Shown here: in pieces, positions 63,660 to 64,000 of the stretch
Layout of the letters: every line of letters starts with the position of its first letter
Numbering within the stretch: the first letter of the stretch is position 1
Origin: a virus
Taxonomy: Duplodnaviria; Caudoviricetes
Strand: one strand, 5' to 3'
DNA: 64,000 bases
Virus record (IMG/VR): IMGVR_UViG_3300033076_000375
Span: 96,001-160,000 of that record
The notes under the pieces: model-generated
What the model was told of the DNA's origin: nothing
Databases searched by the model: none
Seen by the model: the letters and a program-made list of their open reading frames with translations, nothing else
Position numbers and translations under genes: made by a program

Positions 63660-64000
63660 TGTCACTCACATTATTAACTTCGGGGACAACTAAAGCCCCC
63701 AAGACGATTGAACATTCTTGGGATAGTATAGAAAAGTTTATCCAAGCGTCAATTAGCGAAACTAAATTAACTTCTTCTGATATTGTATTGGATGTATTCC
63801 CAGGCAACACTATTGCACATTATACTGTGACTGCTATGCCAGCATACAGAGCCGGTGCTAAACTAATCTCAGCTAAGTTCGAAGCTATCGATTATCTACA
63901 GAAGTTCAATCAATATCGTCCAACTTACATTGGCTTGATTCCAAGACACTGGGAAATTCTCAAAGAACACAAAGAGTGGGATAACATGGACTTGAGTTGT
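63659..64000 (+). CDS. AMP-binding (ANL superfamily) adenylate-forming enzyme, 3'-truncated by the window; absent from the ORF track
   Basis: TAATG overlap; the translation MSLTLLTSGTTKAPKTIEHSW..DIVLDVFPGNTIAH..YRPTYIGLIPRHW..MDLSC is open to base 64000; TSGTTxxPK loop. Confidence 0.8.
   Translation, partial: MSLTLLTSGTTKAPKTIEHSWDSIEKFIQASISETKLTSSDIVLDVFPGNTIAHYTVTAMPAYRAGAKLISAKFEAIDYLQKFNQYRPTYIGLIPRHWEILKEHKEWDNMDLSC

Noticed and set aside
1129-63810. The many minus-strand ORFs in the track, including poly-Pro ones such as 15394-15888 and 24084-24503
   Set aside because: They lie antisense to well-supported + strand genes and are the expected shadows of RNY codon bias and poly-Gly codons; no SDs or recognisable motifs.
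3-64000. Stop-codon reassignment
   Set aside because: The standard code gives near-complete coding density with intact nrdA and nrdB.
3-64000. Eukaryotic giant-virus origin suggested by chlorovirus-like repeats
   Set aside because: SD sequences, translational coupling, PAAR, the SleB hydrolase and bacterial-type NrdAB indicate a bacteriophage.
1-64000. tRNA, rRNA or structured ncRNA genes
   Set aside because: No intergenic gap exceeds about 45 nt.

Overview
This window is part of a large, AT-rich, T4-like (jumbo-type) myophage genome. Every credible gene is on the + strand and genes are packed almost without gaps. Bases 1-54506 form an uninterrupted cluster of 41 virion fibre, adaptor and adhesin genes. 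The rest encodes a transglutaminase-fold-like ORF, class Ia ribonucleotide reductase (nrdA, two tiny ORFs, nrdB), glutaredoxin, an Sm-like protein, a PAAR spike tip, a 670-aa putative virion protein, a SleB-type cell wall hydrolase, a hypothetical protein, an FkbM methyltransferase and the 5' end of a minimal AMP-binding (ANL) enzyme that the ORF track missed. The main observation is that the fibre cluster is built from repeated cassettes: fibre shaft with a specific C-terminal signature, then a cognate adaptor or cap, then an interchangeable payload (polyglycine domain or LamG lectin array). Five connector types are recognisable, each present two or three times. The same payload class appears on different connectors, 'empty' and 'loaded' versions coexist, and a T4-late-like TAAATA promoter sits at many cassette boundaries. 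I interpret this as a plug-and-play receptor-binding display system; that interpretation is inference and needs structural or proteomic testing. Other signals: a cUUCGg hairpin inside a cap gene, a +1 frame kept open across most of nrdB, an ExxxH metal-ligand spacing in NrdB, circularly permuted polyglycine domains, and a degenerate cupredoxin-like site beside a His cluster. Family assignments come from motif recognition by eye, not from database searches.
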